From: Arcobacteraceae bacterium
Lineage (GTDB): Bacteria > Campylobacterota > Campylobacteria > Campylobacterales > Arcobacteraceae
DNA length: 64,000 nt
Assembly: GCA_965224485.1 (NCBI GenBank)
Contig: CBDCZH010000010.1
Location: 1-64,000 of the forward strand
Direction: 5' to 3'
A program made the translations under genes and the position numbers. Positions within the stretch are counted from its first letter, which is position 1. The number at the start of each line of letters is the position of its first letter. Below are positions 9,935 through 21,452 of this stretch, piece after piece. The notes under the pieces are model-generated. The model did no database searches, was not told where the DNA came from, and saw nothing but the letters and a program-made list of their open reading frames with translations.

Positions 9935-10507
9935 CTAAATTTTTGCATCAGCTAGGGTTAAAGCAAATAAGATGTCATTGTTATTTTTAAGACAAACCTT
10001 TCTGGCTTCCTTTAATGTAGTTCCAGTTGTAATGACATCATCAAGTAAAATAATAGTTTCATTTTGAATATTTTTTAAAGTAAATTTCCTAGGATTTTTA
10101 AGTCTAAAATCTAAGTCCTTACCCGCATATTTGATTTTATTATTAGCTTTTAACTTATTATAAATAGGTTTTATATAAGAAGACTTCATATTATGTGCTA
10201 AGATTGCAGTATGAGAGAACTCATGTCTAGTATGGTCATCAATAGGAATAGCAAGAACCTCTTGTGTATAAGAAAATTCTCTAGCAAATTTAGAAAATGA
10301 AAGTTTTGCCAAAATATTAAAAACCCTATCTCCATGAAAATAATACTTAGAATTCAACAAGTCTTCAAGCTCTTCAAGTGAATAAAAAGAGTAAACAAAA
10401 AATCCCTCTTCAATTTCCCTCCTAAATAAATTAGGACGCAATAAAGTATCTTGACAAGTTTCGCAGATAATAGAAAAAGAAAACTCATCGCAAGAAATGC
10501 AGAACAT
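9935..10507 (-). CDS. comF: ComF family amidophosphoribosyltransferase-like protein
   Basis: N-terminal CxxC..CxxC and LLDDVITTGTT PRTase motif. Confidence 0.85.
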   Translation of the reverse strand: MFCISCDEFSFSIICETCQDTLLRPNLFRREIEEGFFVYSFYSLEELEDLLNSKYYFHGDRVFNILAKLSFSKFAREFSYTQEVLAIPIDDHTRHEFSHTAILAHNMKSSYIKPIYNKLKANNKIKYAGKDLDFRLKNPRKFTLKNIQNETIILLDDVITTGTTLKEARKVCLKNNNDILFALTLADAKI

Positions 10508-10563
10508 AATGATCCTTTAAATAACTATAAAAGTTATTATAGTATACAATTAAAAGAATTTAT

Positions 10564-10592
10564 TTGACATAATTAACCAAATTGGTTAAAAT
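10564..10592 (+). promoter_or_regulatory. Sigma70 promoter of mqsRA with a palindromic operator in the spacer
   Basis: TTGACA (10564-69), 17 bp, TAAAAT (10587-92); TTAACCA-AAT-TGGTTAA palindrome at 10573-10589. Confidence 0.75.
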
Positions 10593-10602
10593 AAGGAAGT
10601 TT

Positions 10603-10895
10603 ATGAATCAAAGTGCAAGATATGATTTAAAAGAAATTAAGTCCTTAATAAGGCAAAATAAAGTATTTATAACACAAAGTGCTAAATATCATGCACTAGA
10701 ATTTAATCTTTATAAGGAAGAAATTCTAAATGTAGTATTGAGTTTAGAAAATGACAATTTGTATAAAAGTATGAAAAGCAATAAAAAAAGTAATTTATGG
10801 CAAGACGTTTATCATAAAATTTATGATGGAACACTCTTTTATATAAAGCTACAAATCAATGATAATGCTATTGTAATATCATTTAAGGAAAAATA

Positions 10896-10896
<1 letters not shown>
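10603..10896 (+). CDS. mqsR: MqsR family type II toxin (mRNA interferase)
   Basis: YDLKEIK, TQSA, YKSM, WQDVY, YIKLQ and VISFKEK motifs; AAGGA RBS before ATG 10603. Confidence 0.88.
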
Positions 10897-11578
<682 letters not shown>

Positions 11579-11600
11579 TTTTGAAGAGGTAGTGATTAGA

Positions 11601-11701
11601 TTTTGAGTGAAGTTCAAGGCGAAGATTAGATTTTGACTAGGAGCCTACTATAGTAGGTGAGTATTCAAAATCTAAGATTCAACGCAGAAATGCACTTAAA
11701 A
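11601..11701. repeat. ~100-bp nested imperfect palindrome (REP/MITE-like)
   Basis: Core CCTACTATAGTAGG at 11644-57; arms TTAGATTTTGA/TCAAAATCTAA; outer TTTTGAGTG/CACTTAAAA. Confidence 0.6.
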
Positions 11702-11709
11702 GATGAGTG

Positions 11710-13497
11710 CTATATCTTTAAAACTGCCATGAATGCTTCTTGGGGTACGTTCACCTTTCCTATGGCCTTCATTCTTTTCTTCCCAGCTTTTTGCTTATCT
11801 AAAAGTTTTCTTTTTCTAGTAATATCCCCACCATAACACTTAGCAGTTACATTTTTACCAGTAGACTTAACAGTCTCACGTGCAATAATATTAGATCCAA
11901 CTGAGGCTTGAATAGCAACTTCAAATAGTTGTCGTGGAATCAATTCTTTTAAAGCTTTAATAAATTCTCTACCTTTAGAAACTGCTTTATTTTCAGGAAC
12001 AATAATGGATAAAGCATCAACTACATCACCAGCAACTCTAATATCTAGTTTTTGTAAAACACCTTCTCTAAAAGCAATTGGTTCATAATCAAAAGAAGCA
12101 TAACCTTTAGTAGTTGATTTTAATTTATCATAAAAATCCATTACAATTTCATTCATAGGAATATCATATTCTAATAAAACTCTAGCACCAATATAATCCA
12201 TTTTAATTTGGATTCCTCTTTTATCATTAAGAAGTTTAATAACATTTCCTAAAAACTCATCAGGAACTAAAATAGTAGCTTTTACATAAGGTTCAAAAAT
12301 TGTTTCTATATAGTTAGGTTCTGGAAGTTCACTTGGATTTTGAATATTAATAGTAGTTCCATCTTTTTTTAAAACTTCATATACAACAGTAGGAGCAGTA
12401 GCAATTAAATCAAGATTAAATTCTCTCTCTAATCTCTCTTTTATAACTTCCATATGTAACATACCTAAGAAACCAGCTCTAAAACCACTTCCTAGTGCTG
12501 CTGAACTTTCTGGTTCATAAGATATTGAACTATCATTTAATTTTAACTTATCTAAAGCTTCTCTTAAATCTTCAAATCTATCAGTATCTATTGGATAAAG
12601 TCCAGCAAATACAAAGGGTTTCGCTGGTTCAAAACCATGAATAATATCACTTGTTCTATTTTTAGCATCAGTAATAGTATCGCCAACTGCAATAATATCA
12701 ACAGTTTTAATTCCTAAAACAACAATACCTATTTCACCAGTTTTGATCTCATTTGTACTCTCTCTTTTTAAAGGATGTGGATACATTAAAGATAGAACTT
12801 GTTGTTCATGTTCCGTATTCATCATTCTTACGACTTGACCTTTTTTGATACTTCCATCATAAACTCTAACAAGTGCTAAAGCTCCAAGATAGTTATCAAA
12901 CCAAGAATCATAAATTAAAGCTCTTGTAGGTGCATTTGCATCTCCTACTGGTGAGGGAACTCTATCAATTATTGAATCAATTAAATCTTTAACTCCAAGT
13001 CCAGTTTTTGCAGAAATAAGATTATTTTCTGTACAATCAAGTCCAATAGCTTCTTCAACTTCTTCTAATACTCTATCTGGATCAGCTGAGGGTAAATCAA
13101 TTTTATTAACAACTGGAAGTAATTCTAAATTATTGTCCATAGCAATATATACATTTGCAATAGTTTGAGCTTCAACACCTTGTGTGGCATCAATAATTAA
13201 TAATGCACCATCAGAAGATGCTAAGGATCTTGATACCTCATATGAAAAATCAACATGACCTGGAGTATCAATTAAGTTAAGTACATATTCTTGATTATCT
13301 TTTGTATAGTTTAGTCTTACACTTTGTGCTTTAATTGTAATACCACGTTCTTTTTCTATATCCATAGTATCCATTAATTGTGCCGACATATCTCTATTTG
13401 CTACTGAACCACATTCTTGAATAATTCTATCTGCTAAGGTTGACTTTCCATGATCAATATGGGCAATGATACTAAAGTTTCTAATATTTTTTTGCAA
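11710..13497 (-). CDS. lepA: Elongation factor 4
   Basis: [34 protein letters not shown]. Confidence 0.98.
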   Translation of the reverse strand: MQKNIRNFSIIAHIDHGKSTLADRIIQECGSVANRDMSAQLMDTMDIEKERGITIKAQSVRLNYTKDNQEYVLNLIDTPGHVDFSYEVSRSLASSDGALLIIDATQGVEAQTIANVYIAMDNNLELLPVVNKIDLPSADPDRVLEEVEEAIGLDCTENNLISAKTGLGVKDLIDSIIDRVPSPVGDANAPTRALIYDSWFDNYLGALALVRVYDGSIKKGQVVRMMNTEHEQQVLSLMYPHPLKRESTNEIKTGEIGIVVLGIKTVDIIAVGDTITDAKNRTSDIIHGFEPAKPFVFAGLYPIDTDRFEDLREALDKLKLNDSSISYEPESSAALGSGFRAGFLGMLHMEVIKERLEREFNLDLIATAPTVVYEVLKKDGTTINIQNPSELPEPNYIETIFEPYVKATILVPDEFLGNVIKLLNDKRGIQIKMDYIGARVLLEYDIPMNEIVMDFYDKLKSTTKGYASFDYEPIAFREGVLQKLDIRVAGDVVDALSIIVPENKAVSKGREFIKALKELIPRQLFEVAIQASVGSNIIARETVKSTGKNVTAKCYGGDITRKRKLLDKQKAGKKRMKAIGKVNVPQEAFMAVLKI

Positions 13498-13577
13498 TGT
13501 ATTTTCCTAAATATTATTATATTATCGCGATTATATCTAAAGTTTAGTAATTATTTGGTTAAGTAATTTTTTTGGCT

Positions 13578-13617
13578 AAAAAAAAGGTTTTGTAAGAAAA
13601 CTTACAAAACCTTTTTT
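13578..13617 (-). terminator. Rho-independent terminator after the ompA/cadF-like gene
   Basis: AAAAAGGTTTTGTAAG-AAAA-CTTACAAAACCTTTTT. Confidence 0.85.
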
Positions 13618-13633
13618 AATCTTTAAAAGAGAA

Positions 13634-14644
13634 CTATCTATTTATAATAGCATGTACTCTTCTATTATCTGCTCTTCCTTCTGCTGTTTTATTAGTAGAA
13701 ATTGGATGAGTTTCACCAAAACCAACAGGAGTTAATCTTGATGCTTTAATATCTTGAGCTTTTAATGCTTCAATAGTTGAATCAGCTCTTCTTTGTGATA
13801 ATTTTTGATTATATGCTTTTGAAGCAATAGAATCAGTATGTGCTTCAATAGTAGCACTTACATTTTTATTATCTTTTAAATAGTTTGCAAAGTTTGTTAC
13901 TTTTTCATCATATTGTGATTTTATTACAGATGAATCTGTATCAAAGTTGATTCTTAAATCAACTAAAATAGCACAACCTTTATCATTTACAATAGAACCA
14001 GCTGGTGAGTTAGGACAAACATCTAAACTATCAATAACACCATCTTTATCATGATCTTTAACAATCATTTTTTCTTTTACTGGTACGGGTTTTTTCATAA
14101 CAGGAGCAGGAGTTGATGCTTTTTTTCCAAAAGGAATTGCGAAACCTACAGTATATAATAAGTTATTATCTCCATGATCTGTTTCAATTAAATGTCTTAA
14201 ATCAAATTTAAAAGCTATTCCATTATCTAGTTTATATTTATAACCTACACCGTAATTAGCAAATAATCCAGATTCATTTTTATATTGCTCATCATCAAAC
14301 CATTCAACACCTGCACCAATTAGTCCATAAATTGATGATTTATTTGTTAGAGGATAATCTTTAATTACATTTGTAAAAAATCTTGTAATTCCAGTATCTT
14401 TATTTCCTCTTTTATAATCAACATCTTCTAAAGTTCTTAAAAAACCCAGTTCGATTTGATCAAACATAGAGTTATCTAAATTAAAACCTAAACTTAATCC
14501 TGCATTTGCATAATTTCGTTCAAGGTCTAAATTACCTTCTGTATAAGTTCCACCTAACATAGGTGTGATTTCATACTTATATTCACTATTTGCTGCGAAC
14601 ATCATAGTGGCACATAAAACTGTTGAAAGAATAACTTTTTTCAT
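13634..14644 (-). CDS. OmpA family outer-membrane protein (CadF-like)
   Basis: Signal peptide, YEITP beta-barrel start, DHDKDGVIDSLDVCP, OmpA C domain (HTDS, YNQKLSQRRA, NRRV). Confidence 0.9.
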   Translation of the reverse strand: MKKVILSTVLCATMMFAANSEYKYEITPMLGGTYTEGNLDLERNYANAGLSLGFNLDNSMFDQIELGFLRTLEDVDYKRGNKDTGITRFFTNVIKDYPLTNKSSIYGLIGAGVEWFDDEQYKNESGLFANYGVGYKYKLDNGIAFKFDLRHLIETDHGDNNLLYTVGFAIPFGKKASTPAPVMKKPVPVKEKMIVKDHDKDGVIDSLDVCPNSPAGSIVNDKGCAILVDLRINFDTDSSVIKSQYDEKVTNFANYLKDNKNVSATIEAHTDSIASKAYNQKLSQRRADSTIEALKAQDIKASRLTPVGFGETHPISTNKTAEGRADNRRVHAIINR

Positions 14645-14689
14645 TTTCTAATCCTTTTTAATAATTAATTTTATTATAATAGCATAACT

Positions 14690-15619
14690 TTATATAAAAA
14701 TAGAATTTACTGACTCATTATTATGAACTCTGTGAATTGTTTCCCCAATTATACTAGCAGCTGATAAAACTGTTAATTTTTTATGATTCTTTGTTAAGGG
14801 AATAGTATCTGAAATAACTAACTCATCTAAAATTGCTTCATCTAGTTTTTCATAAGCTTTTCCAGATAAAACAGCATGAGTACAACAAGCCATAACTGAA
14901 GTTGCACCATTTTTCTTTAAAGCAGCTGCTGCTTTAACTAGTGTTCCAGCAGTATCAACCATATCATCAACTAAAATTACATCTTTTCCTTTTACATCAC
15001 CAATAATATTCATAACTTCAGCTTCATTAGCTTTTTCTCTTCTTTTATCAATAATTACTAAATCATAACCTAGCTTACTTGCATAAGATCTAGCTCTAGT
15101 AACTCCACCAATATCTGGACTTGCAATAATAGGATTTTTTAAATTTTTGTTTTTAATATAATCAATAAACATTATTGATCCAAATAAATTATCAACTGGA
15201 ATATTAAAAAAACCTTGAATTTGAGCGGCGTGTAAATCAATAGTAATAACTCTATGAATACCAGCAGCTTCTAATAAATCAGCTGTTAATTTTGCAGTAA
15301 TAGGAACTCTAGGAGCTGCCTTTCTATCTTGTCTTGCATAACCATAATACGGGATTACAGCAGTAATTGAGTTTGCACTTGACCTTTTAAACGCGTCAAC
15401 CATAATTAGTAGTTCCATGAAATTATCATTTGTTGGAGAACAGGTTGGTTGTATTATAAAAACATCCATTCCTCTAACACTTTCTGTTATTTGTACTGAA
15501 ATTTCACCATCGCTAAATTTTTTAACTGTTGCTTCACCAATGTTAACGTTTAAATACTTAGCTACTTTCTGTGCAAATTCGTAATTTGCAGTTCCACTAA
15601 AAAGTCTATATGTGCTCAT
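14690..15619 (-). CDS. prs: Ribose-phosphate pyrophosphokinase
   Basis: FSDGE, PYYGYARQDR, DLHA and VDDMVDTAGT motifs. Confidence 0.98.
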   Translation of the reverse strand: MSTYRLFSGTANYEFAQKVAKYLNVNIGEATVKKFSDGEISVQITESVRGMDVFIIQPTCSPTNDNFMELLIMVDAFKRSSANSITAVIPYYGYARQDRKAAPRVPITAKLTADLLEAAGIHRVITIDLHAAQIQGFFNIPVDNLFGSIMFIDYIKNKNLKNPIIASPDIGGVTRARSYASKLGYDLVIIDKRREKANEAEVMNIIGDVKGKDVILVDDMVDTAGTLVKAAAALKKNGATSVMACCTHAVLSGKAYEKLDEAILDELVISDTIPLTKNHKKLTVLSAASIIGETIHRVHNNESVNSIFI

Positions 15620-15773
15620 AAAGCTTCTTCCTTGTTTAATTTGATTATTTTTATCTTATGCGATTTTATCTAAATAGTACTTAAGAGTTTTTGAGTTTTA
15701 CTAATTTAAGAAGTGCTTTGTTTTTTCTTAAATATAATTAAGAAGATATATTCTTAATTATATTGAAATTATT

Positions 15774-16811
15774 TTATCTTTTTGTAGTTTGTATAAAGCC
15801 AGAACCTAGAACTTTTTGATCTTCATAAAATACTGCAACTTGACCAGAGGCAACACCAAAAGCTGGTTCATCTAAGCTTATTGTTGCTATATCACCTTCA
15901 ATTGTCACCTCACATGGTATTGTTAATGATCTATATCTTAGTTTTACTCCACATGTAAATTCTTTTTTATCAAAATACATGTTTAAATTATTTGCTTTAA
16001 CTTCATTTACTTCAAGTGAACTCTTAGGTCCAACTACTAAAGTATTTGTTTTCGCATTTAACTCTTTTACAAAATGAGGTTCCTGTGCCCCATGAACATA
16101 AAAACCTCTTCTTTTACCAATAGTATAATGTGCATGGCCTTTATGGTGACCAACTTCTTCACCTTTTTCGTTTACAACTTTACCTGGTTTATCAATGTCT
16201 GCATGCTTTTTTATAACATCAGTATAAACAGTTTCAACAAAACATATTTCTTGTGATTCATTTTTTTGTGTTATTCTTTTAAAAGTAACATCAAGCCCAG
16301 CTCCAAGTTTTATTATGTCTTCTTTTTTATAAGTACTTAATGGAAACATCATGTAAGGAAGGGCAGCTTTATTTACTTGTGATAAAAAATAACTTTGATC
16401 TTTTGATTTATCATCAGCCTCATAAATAAATTCACCATCTGTTTTTACGTAATGACCAGTTGCTAAAAATTTAGCTCCATGCTCTTTAGCAAATTGTAAC
16501 ATTGCACCAAATTTAATGTTTTTATTACATTTTACGCAAGGGTTAGGCGTAGTTCCCTCTAAATAAGATTCAACAAAATATTCATAAATCTCAGCAGTAA
16601 ATTTGTCTGTTAAATCTAAAATATGATATTTTATATCTAAAAATTTTGAAACATCTTTAATATAAGCTAAATTTCTCTCATGATAACCATCATCTCTATT
16701 ATGAAGTTTTAAATAAACACCCTCAACTTCATATCCTTCCTTTTGTAGCATATAAGCTGTAACTGATGAATCAATCCCACCACTCATTCCTACCATTATT
16801 TTTTTCTTCAT
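15774..16811 (-). CDS. mnmA: tRNA 2-thiouridine(34) synthase, CxxC type
   Basis: MSGGIDS, TPNPCVKCN, ATGHY, KDQSYFL and ESQEICF motifs. Confidence 0.95.
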   Translation of the reverse strand: MKKKIMVGMSGGIDSSVTAYMLQKEGYEVEGVYLKLHNRDDGYHERNLAYIKDVSKFLDIKYHILDLTDKFTAEIYEYFVESYLEGTTPNPCVKCNKNIKFGAMLQFAKEHGAKFLATGHYVKTDGEFIYEADDKSKDQSYFLSQVNKAALPYMMFPLSTYKKEDIIKLGAGLDVTFKRITQKNESQEICFVETVYTDVIKKHADIDKPGKVVNEKGEEVGHHKGHAHYTIGKRRGFYVHGAQEPHFVKELNAKTNTLVVGPKSSLEVNEVKANNLNMYFDKKEFTCGVKLRYRSLTIPCEVTIEGDIATISLDEPAFGVASGQVAVFYEDQKVLGSGFIQTTKR

Positions 16812-16902
16812 TCTCTGCCTTTTTAAATGAATAATTACTGACTATGTGTTTTCCAATCTTATGTAGTACTATAAGTTCTTTTGAATTATTTGGGTGCTTA
16901 AT

Positions 16903-18003
16903 TTAAGAATAATCACTTATAAATCCACCACCGAGACAATACTGGCCATCATATAAAACAAGACTTTGTCCAGAAGTCACAGCTCTTTGAGGCTGATCAA
17001 ATTTCACTATAACTTTATCCTGCGTAACTTCTGTCACTGTACAAGCTTGTTTTTGTTGACGATAACGTACTTGTGCCATTAATTTATCACCAATCTTCGC
17101 TGGTTCATCTAATACCCAGTGCATATGACTAGCTTCAACATTGCTATTCATAAGTAAAGCATGATTAGTATCTTGCACAATTGTTAATGTATTGTTTTTT
17201 AAGTCTTTTTTAGCAACATACCAAGGATTATGTATGTGATTAGCTCCTTCTGTATCTTTCATACCACCAATACCAATACCTTTCCTTTGACCAAGGGTGT
17301 AACAAATAAGACCTTTATGTTTACCTATTACTTTTTCTTCTTCATCTATAATATCTCCAGGAATGGCTTTTAAATGTTGAGTGATAAATTCATCAAATTT
17401 TTGTTTACCAATAAAACATATACCAGTACTATCTTTTTTATCACTTACAGGTAAGTTATGTGCTTTAGCAAGTTCTCTAACTTCTTTTTTTGTAATATTG
17501 GCTAAAGGAAATAAAGCTTGAGATAGTTGTTTACTAGATAGTGCATGTAAAAAATAAGTTTGATCTTTTGTATTATCTTTAGGAGTTCCTAATACATAAT
17601 GATCTTTATGTATTTCTATTTTGGCATAATGTCCAGTTGCAATCACCTCTGCACCCATCTTTTTTGCTTCTTTTAAAAATACATTAAATTTAATCTCACG
17701 ATTACACAAAATATCTGGATTAGGAGTAAGACCTTTTTTTAAACCTTCTAAAAATACATCAAATACTTTAGTTCTGTATTCTTCAACAAAATCTATACCT
17801 TTTACTTCAATTCCTAATAACTTACCAACTTTTTTAGCATCCTCAAATTCTATACGATTAGGACATTGACTACCTTTGATACCATAGTCCCAATTTCGCA
17901 TGAATAATCCTATTACTTCATAACCTTGCTGTTTTAACAGTAAGGCAGTAACAGAAGAATCAACGCCACCAGACATTCCTACAACAACTTTTTTTTTATT
18001 CAT
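16903..18003 (-). CDS. mnmA: tRNA 2-thiouridine(34) synthase, DxxC (E. coli-like) type
   Basis: MSGGVDS, TPNPDILCN, ATGHY, KDQTYFL and KKDSTGICFIG motifs. Confidence 0.95.
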   Translation of the reverse strand: MNKKKVVVGMSGGVDSSVTALLLKQQGYEVIGLFMRNWDYGIKGSQCPNRIEFEDAKKVGKLLGIEVKGIDFVEEYRTKVFDVFLEGLKKGLTPNPDILCNREIKFNVFLKEAKKMGAEVIATGHYAKIEIHKDHYVLGTPKDNTKDQTYFLHALSSKQLSQALFPLANITKKEVRELAKAHNLPVSDKKDSTGICFIGKQKFDEFITQHLKAIPGDIIDEEEKVIGKHKGLICYTLGQRKGIGIGGMKDTEGANHIHNPWYVAKKDLKNNTLTIVQDTNHALLMNSNVEASHMHWVLDEPAKIGDKLMAQVRYRQQKQACTVTEVTQDKVIVKFDQPQRAVTSGQSLVLYDGQYCLGGGFISDYS

Positions 18004-18037
18004 TTTTTTACCTTTAAAATTTCTTTTAAGAAATTAT

Positions 18038-18532
18038 TTACAACAATTTGTTGTTTTGTATGTGTTTTAAAGGAATAGTAACTGACTCTCTGTTTGCCCA
18101 ATCTTTATGTGGAACTATAAGTTTTTTAGTATTAATTTTTTTATTAGCAAAAAAGATTATATCTATATCTAGAGTTCTAGGCGCATCTTGAAAGGATCGC
18201 TTTCTTCCAAATCTATTTTCTAAGCTTTGCATATTTCTTAAAAATGCATTAGGAGCTAGATTAGTTTTAAGCGAAATTATACCATTTAAAAAATCATTTT
18301 GATCTATAAATCCAAAGGGTGGATTTAAAAGTAGGGGAGAAGTTCTTAGTATATCAAAGCGTGTATCTTTTACTAAACATAAGAATAACTTATCAAAAGT
18401 TTTCTTCATATTTCCAATATTTCCCCCAATACCAATAGTTACATGATATTTTTTTCTACTGCCGTTTTTTAATATTTTTGGGTAGTTAGAAGTTTTAAAT
18501 AGTGTTAGTTTATTAGTTAATTTTTTTTTCAT
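18038..18532 (-). CDS. folK: 2-amino-4-hydroxy-6-hydroxymethyldihydropteridine diphosphokinase
   Basis: IGIGGNIG, FLNG, PRTLDIDI and LIVPH motifs. Confidence 0.93.
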   Translation of the reverse strand: MKKKLTNKLTLFKTSNYPKILKNGSRKKYHVTIGIGGNIGNMKKTFDKLFLCLVKDTRFDILRTSPLLLNPPFGFIDQNDFLNGIISLKTNLAPNAFLRNMQSLENRFGRKRSFQDAPRTLDIDIIFFANKKINTKKLIVPHKDWANRESVTIPLKHIQNNKLL

Positions 18533-18636
18533 ATTTTACTCTAAAATAAATCCTAAGTAATTTACTTAAGATTTACTTTTCCTTTTTTCTTAATAAATAT
18601 AAAAATACTTATACACAAGTAAAACGCTTGTGAATC

Positions 18637-19662
18637 TTAAAGTATAAGCAATCTTCCATTTTTCATCACAAGAGTATCTTCAATTCTAACTCCAAATTCA
18701 CCTGGTAAATAAATACCTGGTTCTATTGTAAAAACCATATTATCTTTTATTATTAAATCACTTTTAGAATTTATAAAAGGGTATTCGTGAATATCAAGAC
18801 CAACTCCATGTCCTGTTGAATGAATAAAATAATCTCCATAACCAGCTTTGCTAATTACATCCCTTGTAAGTTTGTCAATATCTGATGCCTTCATTCCTAC
18901 TCTTGCTTTAGATATAGCATTTTCTTGTGCTTTTAATACAAGGTCATATATTTTTTGCTCTTTTGTTTTTTTAAATTTTTGTTTTCTTTTAAAAGAAAAG
19001 TTATTAAAATCTATTCTTGAAGTACAAGTTCTATCTGAACAATATCTTTTATACTTAACTCCAGCATCAACTAATAATAAATCATCTTTTTTTAATTTTT
19101 GCTTTGAAGGAAGGGCATGAGGTTTAGCAGAGTTTTGATTAATTGCAACAATAGGGTCAAAACTAAGATTTAACTCTCCTTTTTTGCTCATAAATTCTAA
19201 GGCTTTAAAGTGTAAAAAATGCTCACTCTTTTCATTTCCATTTTTTTGTATATATTTGGCAAATTGTTTAAAACCTTCTTTTCCTAAAAGAGAAGCTTTT
19301 TTAAGTAGTTTTATCTCTTTATTGCTTTTAATAATTCTTTTTTCTTGTGAAAAATTCAATTTATTTATAAACTTTATTTTTAAATCTTCTTTTAGTCTTA
19401 GATAAGTATTATAAGAAAAATCATTTCCATCAAATACTAATTTTTTGATTTTTGATTTTTTTAATATTTCTATACTTGTTTTAATCAAATCACTACTTTC
19501 TATAACCAGGGCATTTTTAACTTCATCTTTTGCTTCAATCGTGTACCTAGCATCTGTTATAAAGAAACTTTCACTTCCAAGTTTTAAGAATATTACATTA
19601 TCACAAGAGTATTTACACTCATAATAAACTGCATTTTCATTTTTTAGTATATAATTATTCAT
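18637..19662 (-). CDS. M24 family Xaa-Pro aminopeptidase
   Basis: TDARY, DAG..YCSDRT, HSTGHGVGLDIHE, EPGIY and GVRIED; start set at ATG 19662 after GAGAGG. Confidence 0.92.
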   Translation of the reverse strand: MNNYILKNENAVYYECKYSCDNVIFLKLGSESFFITDARYTIEAKDEVKNALVIESSDLIKTSIEILKKSKIKKLVFDGNDFSYNTYLRLKEDLKIKFINKLNFSQEKRIIKSNKEIKLLKKASLLGKEGFKQFAKYIQKNGNEKSEHFLHFKALEFMSKKGELNLSFDPIVAINQNSAKPHALPSKQKLKKDDLLLVDAGVKYKRYCSDRTCTSRIDFNNFSFKRKQKFKKTKEQKIYDLVLKAQENAISKARVGMKASDIDKLTRDVISKAGYGDYFIHSTGHGVGLDIHEYPFINSKSDLIIKDNMVFTIEPGIYLPGEFGVRIEDTLVMKNGRLLIL

Positions 19663-19741
19663 TATAAAATCCTCTCTTTGATATAGTCTTAACGTAAATT
19701 TAATTATAATCATATCCAAAAATCATAAAAGGAAATTTAAT

Positions 19742-20215
19742 ATGAAAATAGCAGTTATTCAAGGTCCAAATATCAATATGTTAGGTGTTAGAGAGCAGCA
19801 TATCTACGGTCCAATGACAATGGAACAAATTCACGAGCAAATGAAAAACTCAGCAGAGCAAAATAAAGTTGAATTAGAATTTTTCCAATCAAATTTAGAA
19901 GGTGAAATTGTTGATAAAATTCAAGAATGTTTAGGTGAGGTTGATGGTATTGTTATTAATCCAGCAGCATATTCACATACATCAATTGCTATTAAAGATG
20001 CACTTGCAGCTGTTAACTTACCAACAGTAGAAGTTCATATTTCAAATATATACAAAAGAGAAGAATTTAGACAAAAGTCTATTACAGCAGCAAGCTCAAC
20101 TGGTCTTATTTCTGGTTTTGGTCCTTTTGGTTATCATCTTGCACTTATTTCATTAACACAAATTATTAATGAAGTAAAAGCAGTAGCACAAGCTAAACAA
20201 GAAGAATCAAAATAG
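19742..20215 (+). CDS. aroQ: Type II 3-dehydroquinate dehydratase
   Basis: [26 protein letters not shown] and EVHISN motifs. Confidence 0.97.
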   Translation: MKIAVIQGPNINMLGVREQHIYGPMTMEQIHEQMKNSAEQNKVELEFFQSNLEGEIVDKIQECLGEVDGIVINPAAYSHTSIAIKDALAAVNLPTVEVHISNIYKREEFRQKSITAASSTGLISGFGPFGYHLALISLTQIINEVKAVAQAKQEESK

Positions 20216-20222
20216 TACAAAT

Positions 20223-21452
20223 ATGAAAATATTAAAAGCTTCTTGGCTTATAACTTCTAATAACAATAACAGTATTATTAAAGATGCTGCTATTGTTTTT
20301 AATGAGAAGATTATTGATATTGGAAAAATACAAGATATAAAAGATAAATATCCTAATGAAGAAATAGAAGATTTAGGAGAAAACTCTGTTTTAATGCCAG
20401 GATTAGTTAATTCTCATGTTCATTTAGAATTTAGCTCAAATACTACAAGTTTAAAATATGGTAATTTTTTAAATTGGCTTCATAGTGTTATTGACCAAAG
20501 AGAACATTTAGTTGAATACTCAACACAGAAATTAATTTCTTCTAAATTAAAAGAGATGTTAAGAAGTGGAACTACCACAATTGGGGCAATCTCTTCTTAT
20601 TCTTTAGATTTACAAGCTTGTTTAGACTCTAAAATAAATACTGTATTTTTCTGTGAAGTAATTGGTACTAAAATGGATATGATTGATACTTTATTTGCTG
20701 ATTTTAAAGCAAGATTAGGTGAAGCATTAAAGTATAAAAGCAAAAGTTTTATTCCCGCACTTGCTATTCATTCACCTTATTCAGTGCATCCTTTTTTAAT
20801 AAGAGAAAGTTTAAACTTTGCAAAAAAAGAAAACCTAGCAGTATCTGCTCATTTTTTAGAATCTCCTGAAGAGTTTAATTGGTTACATACTAATCAAGGT
20901 GCTTTTCTTGACTTTTTTAAGAATTTTTTAGGGCAAGAGCAGGCAGTTACTAAACCTTTAGAATTCTTGAATCAGTTTAAAGGAATAAAAAATTTATCTT
21001 TTACTCATTGTGTTGAAGCCTCTAATGATGATTTAGCCAAAATAAAAGAATTAAATGCAAGTATAAATCACTGTAGTACTTCTAATAGATTATTAAATAA
21101 CAGTAAACTAAATTTAGATAATTTAGATAAATTAGAGCTTGCTTTTACAATAGGAACAGATGGATTAAGTTCAAATAATTCTTTAAATATGTTTGATGAA
21201 TTACGAACTTGTTTAATGATGCATACAAAGTATGAGTTAAACTCTTTTGCAAAGAAACTACTTATAAGTGCAACTTCACATGGGGCATCTGCTTTAGGTT
21301 TAAAAAAAGGTATTTTACAAAAAGATTTTGATGCAGATATTTTATACCTTAAGTTACCTTCTTGTGTTAAAGATGAAGAAGATTTAGCAACACATGTAAT
21401 TTTACATACAAAAGAAGTAAAAAAAGTTTATATAGGAGGAGAAGATGTTTAA
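20223..21452 (+). CDS. mqnF: Metal-dependent amidohydrolase, probable aminofutalosine deaminase
   Basis: PGLVNSHVHLE, HSPYS, HFLES and GTDG; aroQ-hydrolase-sppA order as recalled for Campylobacterota. Confidence 0.7.
   Translation: MKILKASWLITSNNNNSIIKDAAIVFNEKIIDIGKIQDIKDKYPNEEIEDLGENSVLMPGLVNSHVHLEFSSNTTSLKYGNFLNWLHSVIDQREHLVEYSTQKLISSKLKEMLRSGTTTIGAISSYSLDLQACLDSKINTVFFCEVIGTKMDMIDTLFADFKARLGEALKYKSKSFIPALAIHSPYSVHPFLIRESLNFAKKENLAVSAHFLESPEEFNWLHTNQGAFLDFFKNFLGQEQAVTKPLEFLNQFKGIKNLSFTHCVEASNDDLAKIKELNASINHCSTSNRLLNNSKLNLDNLDKLELAFTIGTDGLSSNNSLNMFDELRTCLMMHTKYELNSFAKKLLISATSHGASALGLKKGILQKDFDADILYLKLPSCVKDEEDLATHVILHTKEVKKVYIGGEDV

Noticed and set aside
11601..11701. Integron attC site
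   Set aside because: No clear RYYYAAC/GTTRRRY ends, no cassette array and no integrase nearby.
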